Shown piece by piece: positions 25,330-34,603 of a DNA stretch of 64,000 bases. The notes beneath the pieces were generated by a model. The model was not told the origin of the DNA. It saw only the letters and a list, made by a program, of their open reading frames with translations, and ran no database searches. Position 1 is the stretch's first letter; every line of letters starts with the position of its first letter. A program made the translations under genes and the position numbers. The stretch lies in IMG/VR virus record IMGVR_UViG_3300027733_000001; one strand, given 5' to 3'. This stretch comes from a virus.

Positions 25330-27579
25330 TTAGACGTCTAAGCTGTCAGATTTAGCCATGTTGATGGATAACTCTGGAGACTTGCGTTTAAGGAAAATAA
25401 TAAGCTCACCGGTGTTTTTAAATACGTTTGTAACCAGCTCAACTAGTTCAGGCAAGTCACCGCGCCCATACATTTCTTTAAACTTGTCGGTTTCCCAATG
25501 CAGCAAGAAAAGGATGCGTCCAAGGCGGTCCATAGACTCGACCAGGGATGGGAGATATTCTGAGATTTTGTCGCCCACAGAAACATATTTTGCGAGAGCA
25601 CCAATAGTGTGCGTATCGAAAATTTCTTTCTGTCCGTTCTGTGCGAGCGCCACAGCCTGCTGCACAATTTTTGGGTCAATGCCTTTTACTTCAGACATGG
25701 TACCTAAATCCTGACGGGTTGGGTTGCCTACATAACTGTCAAAGTTAGACAACGTGTTTTCTTGTCCAATTCCTACTGTAGTAGGTTGACCGAACTCGTT
25801 AGTGTAGGGCTGTTCTTCAAACGGCTGAGGATATACATCCCCAGTAAATGCCAATTTGATGTGTCCTTTTTTAGTGAAGCTAGGTACAAGAGAGTCGACC
25901 AGCTCTGAAGCTACTTTTTCATCCAAGCCAAGGTCCATAACCATTGCAATCTTGGCTTGTAGAGGATCGTCGTATCTTTTCTTAGCTCCGTTGATATCTA
26001 CGAAATATTCGCTTCCGTTTGTATGCACACTCATAGGGAACACATTTTTGTGTGCAAGGAAAGCGTTTAACGATGCTGGAGAACCTGGTTCAGCTTTAAA
26101 GATTTTTTCTTTAGCTGTCTCAGCCTCACGTTTAACTTTGTCCTGATCCTTTTTCTCTTTCTTGGATGTGCCGAAATCCATCGAAGGATACGTGGGCATG
26201 CTGCAGCAACCAGAGACCACAGGCGAAAGCTTAAGCAGCTTATAGCCTACAGGGACATAGATCATATTGTCTCTGTATTCAAGCCGGTCGCCCTGACGCT
26301 TTGTCATCACCAAACAAATCTCTCTCGCCTTTTTTGGGTGAGTGTAGAAGTTACCTCTGGGAAGGGCATGCACACTGCCTGGGCGATCTGTCTTACCAGC
26401 ATACTCACGATCTCTACCTTCAGCATGTTCTGAGTACGGCTCTACACAAATTCTACGGATTCCTGAAGCATCTTTAAAATTAGCATTAATTCTAAAAGGC
26501 TGTGTTACCTTCAGGTTCTCGTTAATTAATACGTAGGTGTTTGTATACCCTGGCTGTCCTTCGGCCGCATCAACCATCATCTTATGTATGGCAGAATAGT
26601 CCTGTACCTTGATCTGATCTTTAATGAATACCTGCTTCTGATCTTTGATGAAGGTTGTGCCTTCGTTACCCTCAAGGTCAACCACTAACACGTCATCTAC
26701 AGAAAAATCCTGCTGCAGTTGTTTTGGACGTACAAGAATCAACCCGTAACGTAAACCTCCAAGTCTAGTGATATATGAATAGAAGCCTGATTCGGTGGGA
26801 TTGGCGAACTTCTTAACGTAGTCTACTACCCCAAAAGAAGATTTTTCCCCAGCGTCGCGATCGTCAATGATTACATACCCTTGTGTGAGGAGTTTTTGCT
26901 TATCCTCTTTACCGAGTTTTTTAGCCTCGGCAGTATCTGTAGTCTTAACCAGTTTGAGTTTTTTTGTAGCTTCTGGAGATTTGCGATAGTCATCTCCGTC
27001 ATCAAGAGCAATTGCTTCAGCAATTTTTTCCAGTGTATAGAAACGTAGAAGAGCTTCACAGAACTCGGCATCCTTCTCAATCAACTCTGTGAAAGCTTTT
27101 TTGGTAGGATTACCCACATCTTTCACATAATCAATCACAGAAGCGATAGCGTAACGCCCTGTTCTAGGAGGCACACTCATCTGGCGATAGTCGCCCTGAG
27201 TAGCGTCTCGCATAATATCTGTCCTGTTCTCTTTAGAATTTTCACCCAGACCCAAGAGCTCATCCTTGATAAACATCTCAGCAAAATCTTCATTTAAGGG
27301 GTAGAACTGCTCGTTATTCTTACTATACAACAAATCTAGATTTTTAACCTTACCGTTAATAAAAAACGCCGGCACAAACAAAATTTGCCCATTCTTGGAT
27401 CTAAAGCCAAAAACTCCTAAAGCTTTAGTATTGCCCTCGTTCTTTTTAACAATCTCAAACCCTACAAGGTAAGGAATCAAGTTTTTAAGTGTGTCTTGCA
27501 ACCGCTGATACGCGAGCTGAAAAAACGCGCCCTCGATCTGGTCGTCCGCTGCGTACTTGGTTAAATTAGGTTTGCGCAT
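25330..27579 (-). CDS. Large K-x-A protein of unknown function
   Basis: 749 aa, begins MRKPNLTKYAA; own promoter. Confidence 0.6.
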   Translation of the reverse strand: MRKPNLTKYAADDQIEGAFFQLAYQRLQDTLKNLIPYLVGFEIVKKNEGNTKALGVFGFRSKNGQILFVPAFFINGKVKNLDLLYSKNNEQFYPLNEDFAEMFIKDELLGLGENSKENRTDIMRDATQGDYRQMSVPPRTGRYAIASVIDYVKDVGNPTKKAFTELIEKDAEFCEALLRFYTLEKIAEAIALDDGDDYRKSPEATKKLKLVKTTDTAEAKKLGKEDKQKLLTQGYVIIDDRDAGEKSSFGVVDYVKKFANPTESGFYSYITRLGGLRYGLILVRPKQLQQDFSVDDVLVVDLEGNEGTTFIKDQKQVFIKDQIKVQDYSAIHKMMVDAAEGQPGYTNTYVLINENLKVTQPFRINANFKDASGIRRICVEPYSEHAEGRDREYAGKTDRPGSVHALPRGNFYTHPKKAREICLVMTKRQGDRLEYRDNMIYVPVGYKLLKLSPVVSGCCSMPTYPSMDFGTSKKEKKDQDKVKREAETAKEKIFKAEPGSPASLNAFLAHKNVFPMSVHTNGSEYFVDINGAKKRYDDPLQAKIAMVMDLGLDEKVASELVDSLVPSFTKKGHIKLAFTGDVYPQPFEEQPYTNEFGQPTTVGIGQENTLSNFDSYVGNPTRQDLGTMSEVKGIDPKIVQQAVALAQNGQKEIFDTHTIGALAKYVSVGDKISEYLPSLVESMDRLGRILFLLHWETDKFKEMYGRGDLPELVELVTNVFKNTGELIIFLKRKSPELSINMAKSDSLDV

Positions 27580-27603
27580 AGTATGTAATCTGAGATTTAC
27601 TTA

Positions 27604-27632
27604 ATTTTATGAATTTTCTCCTTGTATATCAA
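27604..27632 (-). promoter_or_regulatory. sigma70-type promoter
   Basis: TTGATA-17-TAAAAT. Confidence 0.65.
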
Positions 27633-27655
27633 GAACCATCTCGTTTTTAAAAAGG

Positions 27656-29506
27656 TTAACTCTTTTCTCCAAAACCTACACCATACGCTAGTCCTGGAAT
27701 GGGACTGGCGCCTTTTAAGTCTGATGTAGCGCCTTTATTAACCATATTAACGAAACGTTTGGCTAGATTGGTGCTGTTTAAAACATGCATCCAATCGTCA
27801 TGGTGCTCTGGAATATCTACAAGACGCACCATCACAGGCTCAAAATTAGGATGCTCGTCATGAACAAGCACAGCTTCGATATTATGCTTTTTAAGCTCCG
27901 AGATGACGGCTGAGGTGACCTTTGTACCTATAGTGTAGTGAAGTTCGGGCTTTTCTAGATATTTACCATATGCCAGATCAAGCCTAAGCATCTTTGCCGC
28001 AGGTCTAGGTACATAGTCTTTTTCTATCGCTGAATAGGATACTACCTGGTCGGGGAGATAGTCACCCATTCCTTCAGGGTCGGTGATCTTTACATGATCG
28101 ATAGCTGCCTTAGCTATCAATTCAAAATTACGCCTGTTGACTGGAAGTTTGCTATCGTCGAAAGCTTTCTTCATAGCCTCCATATAATACTTCCTTCCAT
28201 CACCAATTCCACGGTACTTTACCACTTCTCTAGGGTCTACTAGACCAGAACTGAGTACTTGTCCTTGCTCTACACGGTCACCCAGTTTCACAGTAGGAGT
28301 TTGATCTATACCTATGTAATGTTCATGGTCGTTTACCGAAATAAAATGTCCACCTGCAGCTGCTGGCGCAAGCTTGGTGACAAAACCATCTTCCTGAGCT
28401 AGAGGCGCTCTACCTATGAATGTTTTGGGTACATTCGCAAGCTGATTAATAAGCTTAAAGCCCTGCTGACCCCCTAGACTGGTTGCTGCCCCTCCAGAAT
28501 GCCTAGCTTTCATGGCGCTTTCTGTGAGAGGTTCTGCCACAGCCGTACCTGCAACTAGACCTATATAACTGTCCATCGCAGCCATACCCTTTTCACGCTT
28601 ACCTACACACATCTGACATAATCCGCCGGAATGATGCTTTTTATTTGACTGACACGTCATCGGAGAACGTATGAATATGTGGGACACTCCTTTGTTTTTA
28701 AGGTCTGCCAACATCTTTGCGGTAACCTCATTGTTACGGTTGTGTCCGCCCACAGTTTTGGCTAGATACGCTCCTATAGACTCACGATCACTTATAGGGA
28801 TATCTATACCGTTCAAAGTTTCGCAGTCAGCTTCAACGATCTGCAAAGGCATTAGCGCTCTAGCAAACTGTTTTGATCCGTAACCTCCTTGAGCTACCGA
28901 AATTTTCTTCAGTACCTCTCCAGATCTAGTACCGTAGGCTGTAGTCAAATATTCAGGAAGAGTTAGGCCTTCTGCGAAAGAGCTCTTGATAGGTATATCC
29001 ATCTTGGGCTTACCTGACGCATCGACAACTATACCTTGCGTAGCTATAGTGCCCCTATACTGTGCAGGGGAGCCTCGGGAACCTGCCAGAATAATCTTAG
29101 CCAAAGATTTATTATCCTTGAGTCCTTTATCCAGGATGTCTCGTTCAATACTAGACATCATGTTATTGTAATGATCAAAAATCTGCTTATCTTTTAGAGC
29201 CTGAGAATCGTTGGAAGATTCTACTGTGGTTTTAAATTTCTCAAAATTATCCCATAGCTTGTTCTTGTCTATCGGGGATATCAGATCCTTGAGCGTTATA
29301 GATGTACCCTGTCTGGTGGATATTTCAAAACCTAGCCTTGTCAGATCAGATGCTATCTTACTGTATTCGTTTGGAGCCTTTTCAGCCAGCTCGGCAAACA
29401 ACTTGGATATGCCTTTCCCGTCAAGCATAGCCCCATCAACAAGCTCATGAAATTGATGAGGTATGAAGAATTTCAATAAGACTCTTCCAACAGTCGTGGT
29501 TGCCAT
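27656..29506 (-). CDS. rpoC: DNA-directed RNA polymerase beta-prime subunit, C-terminal part
   Basis: TTVGR, AGSRGS, IKSSFAEGLTLPEY, bridge-helix region, DCET...SPMTC...LCQMC Zn site, trigger loop EPLTESAMKARHSGG, SBHM-like insert. Confidence 0.9.
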   Translation of the reverse strand: MATTTVGRVLLKFFIPHQFHELVDGAMLDGKGISKLFAELAEKAPNEYSKIASDLTRLGFEISTRQGTSITLKDLISPIDKNKLWDNFEKFKTTVESSNDSQALKDKQIFDHYNNMMSSIERDILDKGLKDNKSLAKIILAGSRGSPAQYRGTIATQGIVVDASGKPKMDIPIKSSFAEGLTLPEYLTTAYGTRSGEVLKKISVAQGGYGSKQFARALMPLQIVEADCETLNGIDIPISDRESIGAYLAKTVGGHNRNNEVTAKMLADLKNKGVSHIFIRSPMTCQSNKKHHSGGLCQMCVGKREKGMAAMDSYIGLVAGTAVAEPLTESAMKARHSGGAATSLGGQQGFKLINQLANVPKTFIGRAPLAQEDGFVTKLAPAAAGGHFISVNDHEHYIGIDQTPTVKLGDRVEQGQVLSSGLVDPREVVKYRGIGDGRKYYMEAMKKAFDDSKLPVNRRNFELIAKAAIDHVKITDPEGMGDYLPDQVVSYSAIEKDYVPRPAAKMLRLDLAYGKYLEKPELHYTIGTKVTSAVISELKKHNIEAVLVHDEHPNFEPVMVRLVDIPEHHDDWMHVLNSTNLAKRFVNMVNKGATSDLKGASPIPGLAYGVGFGEKS

Positions 29507-29934
29507 TATCTTTTAAGCCGGTTTTGAAGTACATCAAACAACGATACTTGAGCAGTCTTACTTACCTGGTTATGCACCTGGCCCACTCCAGGAAAGTCTT
29601 TAGAGTCTGCGGCATCTAGAGAAAGTTTCTTAGTGTCCTGTTGTTTGTTAGGAAGGACTATTTCTTCTTTTTCTTTCTGCATCTTATTCAGTGCATCAAA
29701 TTCCTTAAACGCATCACCCATCAATTCTCCCTCAGTATTAGACTCAGCTTGTTGGTCGGGGGTAGCCATAGTAATATCGTTATCACCAAGCTCCTCATCC
29801 TCGGAGTTATTGATTGTTCGGGGATCTGAAAAATCCTCAGCTATCTTTGATTTGATAAAACAGGCAAGATCATAATTTTCATCCTCGCGAGCGAAGGAAT
29901 CCAAGTAGGATGCTAGTTTTGTAAAGTCCGGCAT
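29506..29934 (-). CDS. Acidic K-x-A protein
   Basis: MPDFTKLAS...SKTAQ; stop overlaps rpoC start (TAATG). Confidence 0.6.
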   Translation of the reverse strand: MPDFTKLASYLDSFAREDENYDLACFIKSKIAEDFSDPRTINNSEDEELGDNDITMATPDQQAESNTEGELMGDAFKEFDALNKMQKEKEEIVLPNKQQDTKKLSLDAADSKDFPGVGQVHNQVSKTAQVSLFDVLQNRLKR

Positions 29935-29945
29935 ACAATTAAAGA

Positions 29946-30836
29946 TTATGAGCCCATTGGGGTAGGGTATATGCCTCCTCCACCCATCATGCCTTGCTGA
30001 TCAGTTTGCTGCTGTTGTTGCGCCTGCTGCTGGGCAGCGTCTGCTTTCTGCTTACTCTGATCCATTTTCTGCTTATGAGTGTCCGCTAATTGTTTAACCT
30101 TCAACAAAGAGGCTGTAGCTGTGCCCTTACCTACAAGGTCTAGCAGCTCGCGAACAGTTAATGTAACCTTAACGTTATCCAGCTCATTCTTTGCTTCGAT
30201 GGCCGAAGCTTCCGCTTGAGAAGCGTCTTCTTGCGTCGCGTCTTGCCCCTGCTGTGCAGACTCCTGTGGCTGCTGAGGCATACCTTCTCCGCCGCCCATC
30301 ATTTCTGGGGAATATCCTCCACCTCCACCCTGTAAAGCTGCATATAAATCTTCTTCAGTAGATGCCTGCGCAACCATCCCTCCTTGCTGAGGCATTCCCT
30401 GCTGCGGCTGAGGTTGTCCTTGCGGTGCTCCTCCCTGCTGAGCCATTTGGGCTTCTTGTGCCTGTATCTGCTGCATCAAGGCCATCAATTGCTGCTGCTG
30501 CTGGTCAGGGGGCAGATTCTGTAGCTGCTGCAGAGTGGGAGCAATCTGCTGCTGAACTTCAGGAGGAAGATTTTGCGCCTCAGCCATAACTTGACTCATC
30601 AGATCTTGACCTGCAGGCTGCTGCGCTTGCTGCGGAGCCTGTGCAGCTTGAGGCGGTTGTGCTGGTGCAGCTGCTGCTTGCGGTTGAGCTTGCTGCTGTT
30701 GAGGTGCGCCCTGTTGCTGAGCCTGTTGCTGTTGAGCCATGGCATCAGGATTAGGCACAAATGCTTTTTTTACCACCGGCTTAGAAGCCTTTTTAGTGAT
30801 ATTGTTATAGTTTTCGATTAGTTCGGCAATTTTCAT
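29946..30836 (-). CDS. Gln/Pro/Ala-rich disordered K-x-A protein
   Basis: 296 aa with polyQ runs; MKIA...TKKAS...VKKAF at N-terminus. Confidence 0.65.
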   Translation of the reverse strand: MKIAELIENYNNITKKASKPVVKKAFVPNPDAMAQQQQAQQQGAPQQQQAQPQAAAAPAQPPQAAQAPQQAQQPAGQDLMSQVMAEAQNLPPEVQQQIAPTLQQLQNLPPDQQQQQLMALMQQIQAQEAQMAQQGGAPQGQPQPQQGMPQQGGMVAQASTEEDLYAALQGGGGGYSPEMMGGGEGMPQQPQESAQQGQDATQEDASQAEASAIEAKNELDNVKVTLTVRELLDLVGKGTATASLLKVKQLADTHKQKMDQSKQKADAAQQQAQQQQQTDQQGMMGGGGIYPTPMGS

Positions 30837-31033
30837 GTAGCGTTCTCCAGTTCAATTATCTTAAAAATTTTTTCACGTAAGTCTTTTCTTATAGTAGACA
30901 GTTTGCCTTGTGCTGCGGTGTTACTAAGTTCATGACGGCCTTTTTCAATAGCGATAAACGTATTTAAGTACATCTGCAACTCATCAAGCTTTTCATTTTC
31001 ACTCAACTGCAGCCATATATTTTCATCAAGCAT
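30833..31033 (-). CDS. Small helical hypothetical protein
   Basis: 66 aa, 4-nt overlap with next gene. Confidence 0.55.
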   Translation of the reverse strand: MLDENIWLQLSENEKLDELQMYLNTFIAIEKGRHELSNTAAQGKLSTIRKDLREKIFKIIELENAT

Positions 31034-31065
31034 AACGCAAACCTAGGTAAGAATAAAGATTATTA

Positions 31066-31086
31066 TTGTGCGCCTGCTCCGCACAA
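31066..31086 (-). terminator. Stem-loop after RNAP fusion gene
   Basis: TTGTGCG-7-CGCACAA; weak U tract. Confidence 0.3.
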
Positions 31087-31093
31087 CTAATAC

Positions 31094-34087
31094 TTATACA
31101 TCCACCCGATCGCCAACATCAAGCTTTCCCGCTAAAAAATCTTTCACAACTTCTTGAGCCGAAGAATATTTCTTGGGAGTATTTTTCTTGTCTTCGAAAC
31201 TAGCTGCAAACAATCCGGTCGCAGATTCGTTTGATGGGGTATACATCGGACCAAAAGTCCTGTGATAGATTAGGTTTTTCTCGGGCAGCAATTTCTCTTT
31301 AATTTCCTCCTTGGCTTCATCCGTAGCCGGGAGCTGCACATTGAGCTGGTCTCCGTCAGAGTCTGCTCCATAACCTTTAAACACTAGTGGACTCATCTTT
31401 ATAGAGAAGTCCTTGGGATCTGGGTTCATCTTCAGGTACATTCCCTGAAAATTGTATTTTGATAGCTGTGGATCTCTAGTCACGATACCCGGCCGATCTT
31501 CCATCTCTAGATGTAGAGCAGTCAAGGCTAACGGATGCTTTTTCTCGAGATATTCTCTAGCTTTTGTGGCAGGTACTCCTTGGCGCACAAGTCGACGAAT
31601 AATGAACGGTCCAAAGATATTCCAGGCCAGCGGCTGAGGAATACTTGCCTGATTAAGATCTAGTTTAGCGTCAGGTAACAATACAGCTCTACCTACCAGG
31701 TCAATAGGTTTGTTAACAACCTTCGCCTGGAACATAGACTCTTTCGCTGATCCGCCTTGAAGGCCTAGAGCCGAAGCAAGCAACCCTTTATATTTTTTCT
31801 CAATACTTTTCTGTTTGATGGGACCGCCGAGACCATACACAGCCTTAAGCCCGTTATAGATTTGTTTTCTTGCGGTGTGTAAATGCTCCGGATCAGTGTC
31901 TGGATTGTCTTTTGCCTGTCCTAGCGAGTTGTTAACAAGCATAAGATCTTTATACAGCTCATTAACATCTGCAGTTAATGCCTGATCTCCCTGAACCATG
32001 ACAGGGCGATATTGGGCAGGAATGACCGGGATGTTAGACAACAGTATGTCATCTAGCTTAAGATTATTGCTCTTAAGCATTGTAAGGAAGCTCAGACTTT
32101 TAAGTGCGTTGTCTCTCCCTGTCTTGCGTTTAGATTTTACCAAATTCTTAAGCTCTGTAATCTTATGATCGATATCTATACGTTTAATTTCTTTCTCAAG
32201 TTTGCCTGAGGCAATAGCTTCCTCGAAAGCGACTTTTGTCATGTTAAGTAATTTACGCAAATGATCTTCAACCATAGGATTTGGGATCCTATGGTGTAAT
32301 GCCACATGATTGTAATGGTCGCCATGAATACCTACAAGGGTAGGGTCAAATAGTCCGTTGTCTTCTGGAACTAGCTCATCTTTTTTGATTTTATAGCTGA
32401 GAGGTTCTTTAATTTCTCCTCGAGACATAGCTACAATGTCTTTGTCTGTCTGAGGTAGAATATGGAATTTAGAACCTTCTTGCTGCACATTTACACCTGC
32501 CCCTTTAAGGTGACCTATAAATTTTCCAAAGATAAACGGCACTTTAGGGGGAGGAGGAGGCTGACCTAGTTTTAAAGCAGTCCAATACTCGTCATTCTTT
32601 GTAGCCCGTACTGTGGCAATATCTCGTAGCACAGCTGTAGCATCATTAGATAATGCCACTGTGGTAGCTAGATTACCGACACGCTTAGCTTTTTCGTGAG
32701 AGCCTGCCTTGCTCGGCTGCATATTAATATCGTACGTAGTGGCTGCAGACCTCGTAGATACTTTGTCTTCTGCTATATGATGTAGCCGGTTAAAATATAA
32801 AGGGCCTGTCAAAACATCGATATGCTTACCTGATTGAGGGTCATAGAGTTTTTCTGTATCTTTGACTCCGTGCTTATCGAGAATATCTATGACTTTCTGT
32901 ACGGCTGAACCTTCTGTGAACCCTGTCATCTTAAGAGGTTTGCCTAGCTTTTGAGCGAGTTTGCCTAGTCCGATAGTGTTAACCAATCCTGGAGCTACAC
33001 GAGATGTAACACTCATCGAATTAAGCATTACATCTATGGGCTTACCGTCCTCTCCTTGAGGCATGTGAGTATCTGGAATGATATGTACGACACCTTTTGC
33101 ACCGAAAGGCATATTAAGCTTATCTCCGAAGCTCATCGGTCTTTTTGTTTTAACAGTAACAGCAATCAGCTTACCTGAGTTAGATACATCCGTTACCTCT
33201 CCATCATATTCATACTCCCAGGGGATGGATACATCCGAAAATGCATTACGAATTACCTTTGCCAGCTTACCTAGCTGGATATCTACCGATTTAAGTGTCT
33301 TTGGCTGAAAAGCCAGAATGACAGGGTCTCCGTGCTTTAAAATAGTTCCTTTTTTGGCTACACCTGCCGAATCTACGCTGACCAGCTGATCATTATAGTA
33401 CTTGTTTGGGAACAGTGATACATACTTATCCTTGTCGACAATCACTCCACGGGCAACCTCCATTCTCACAGGTATCAACTGCTCTCCCTCTAGCTTTTTT
33501 GCTGCAGATTCGGAAATTGCCAGAGAATCTTCAAAGTTTAAAGATCTGAAAGGCATAATCGCCGTTTTGAGGTTCATTCCAAGACTTAAAGAACCTTTGT
33601 GGTCTGAATAGTTTGAAGTAGCCAGCAACTGTCCTGTCTTTACCTTATCTCCTACTTTTACTGTCGGTGTATGGTGGAGATAACTCTCTCTGCCAATAAT
33701 GTAGTTACTGTAGAGATCGTGATGATGCTCTTTTCCGTCAGCATCCTTAATTATCAGCGAATCGTCACTAATGTGATGTACTGTACCTGTTGTTTTGGCA
33801 GAAAGGCTGACCAGCTTACCGAAAGATTCGTTGAAGCTCTGCTTGCTTCCTTTGGCAGAAGACTGAACAAGTGGAGCCTCCCTGTTCACAAGAGTCATGG
33901 CCTGCAATGAAGATTTGTCGCCAATTAGTACACGGGAACCCGACACAGAGCTGAGCCCAGGGATTAGATTTGTAACAGGACTGAAAAACTCTGAAGGATC
34001 AGGAATTCTGTACTTAGCCTTTGTAGATGCTGGGACTTTGGTCAGCTTACCGTGCTGAAGTATATATTTGTGACCTTGGGTAGACAT
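31094..34087 (-). CDS. rpoB-rpoC: RNA polymerase beta C-terminal / beta-prime N-terminal fusion containing the catalytic centre
   Basis: beta motifs NLIP...QAM, NFEDSLAISE, GDKL...GAKG, DVMLN...SRV, RLHHIAEDK; then beta-prime SRGEI, GLFD, IPVIPAQYRP, KPIDLVGRAV, TRDPQL, GADSDGDQ; start revised to ATG 34087. Confidence 0.92.
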   Translation of the reverse strand: MSTQGHKYILQHGKLTKVPASTKAKYRIPDPSEFFSPVTNLIPGLSSVSGSRVLIGDKSSLQAMTLVNREAPLVQSSAKGSKQSFNESFGKLVSLSAKTTGTVHHISDDSLIIKDADGKEHHHDLYSNYIIGRESYLHHTPTVKVGDKVKTGQLLATSNYSDHKGSLSLGMNLKTAIMPFRSLNFEDSLAISESAAKKLEGEQLIPVRMEVARGVIVDKDKYVSLFPNKYYNDQLVSVDSAGVAKKGTILKHGDPVILAFQPKTLKSVDIQLGKLAKVIRNAFSDVSIPWEYEYDGEVTDVSNSGKLIAVTVKTKRPMSFGDKLNMPFGAKGVVHIIPDTHMPQGEDGKPIDVMLNSMSVTSRVAPGLVNTIGLGKLAQKLGKPLKMTGFTEGSAVQKVIDILDKHGVKDTEKLYDPQSGKHIDVLTGPLYFNRLHHIAEDKVSTRSAATTYDINMQPSKAGSHEKAKRVGNLATTVALSNDATAVLRDIATVRATKNDEYWTALKLGQPPPPPKVPFIFGKFIGHLKGAGVNVQQEGSKFHILPQTDKDIVAMSRGEIKEPLSYKIKKDELVPEDNGLFDPTLVGIHGDHYNHVALHHRIPNPMVEDHLRKLLNMTKVAFEEAIASGKLEKEIKRIDIDHKITELKNLVKSKRKTGRDNALKSLSFLTMLKSNNLKLDDILLSNIPVIPAQYRPVMVQGDQALTADVNELYKDLMLVNNSLGQAKDNPDTDPEHLHTARKQIYNGLKAVYGLGGPIKQKSIEKKYKGLLASALGLQGGSAKESMFQAKVVNKPIDLVGRAVLLPDAKLDLNQASIPQPLAWNIFGPFIIRRLVRQGVPATKAREYLEKKHPLALTALHLEMEDRPGIVTRDPQLSKYNFQGMYLKMNPDPKDFSIKMSPLVFKGYGADSDGDQLNVQLPATDEAKEEIKEKLLPEKNLIYHRTFGPMYTPSNESATGLFAASFEDKKNTPKKYSSAQEVVKDFLAGKLDVGDRVDV

Positions 34088-34141
34088 AGAAGTGATCGTA
34101 CGGCACGAGATAAAAAATATCAATCTGCTTATTCAGATCTG

Positions 34142-34441
34142 TTAAGAGTCTGACTCATCCTGGAAGCGTAGCCCGCATCTCCACAAAGCTTCAGCCATGT
34201 CGTCGGAGATCTCATCCACGACGTCGTTCTGTATTTCCCACAGTGCGCAATGAATGAACTCGTCGATGAGGGTAGATAGCAGCTCTTTGCCTTTTTCCCT
34301 CTCGTCGATATAGACGGTCTTATTCTTGGTTTCAGGATGCTCGCACATCCCACGCGCTCCTTTGAGGCGAGTAACCACAAAGTTATACCTCTTTCCTCTG
34401 ATGGTAATGGTCTTGATCTGCTTTAGGGCCTTTGCGCTCAT
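34142..34441 (-). CDS. Small zincin-like protein (DExxH variant)
   Basis: GMC...VYID...LSTLIDEFIHC resembles phage minimal metallopeptidases; start revised to ATG 34441. Confidence 0.5.
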   Translation of the reverse strand: MSAKALKQIKTITIRGKRYNFVVTRLKGARGMCEHPETKNKTVYIDEREKGKELLSTLIDEFIHCALWEIQNDVVDEISDDMAEALWRCGLRFQDESDS

Positions 34442-34448
34442 AAAAAAC

Positions 34449-34477
34449 ATTATACCTGGGTTTCAGAGGCTTGGCAA
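34449..34477 (-). promoter_or_regulatory. sigma70-type promoter heading the leftward operon, probably leaderless
   Basis: TTGCCA-17-TATAAT-7-ATG. Confidence 0.75.
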
Positions 34478-34603
34478 CACCTCCCAGAGATGGTGGGGTG
34501 CGCTAGGCCTGTATTTAGTTGATAGTCCTCCAAAACTCCCCAACTCATTCTCATCTTTACTCGTGACATTCCCTACCCCATCGTACATCTCTAGATAGTT
34601 CTC

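Noticed and set aside
34478-34603. Rolling-circle nick site for the HUH protein
   Set aside because: TAGTTGATAG only loosely recalls known double-strand origins, and I found no convincing hairpin
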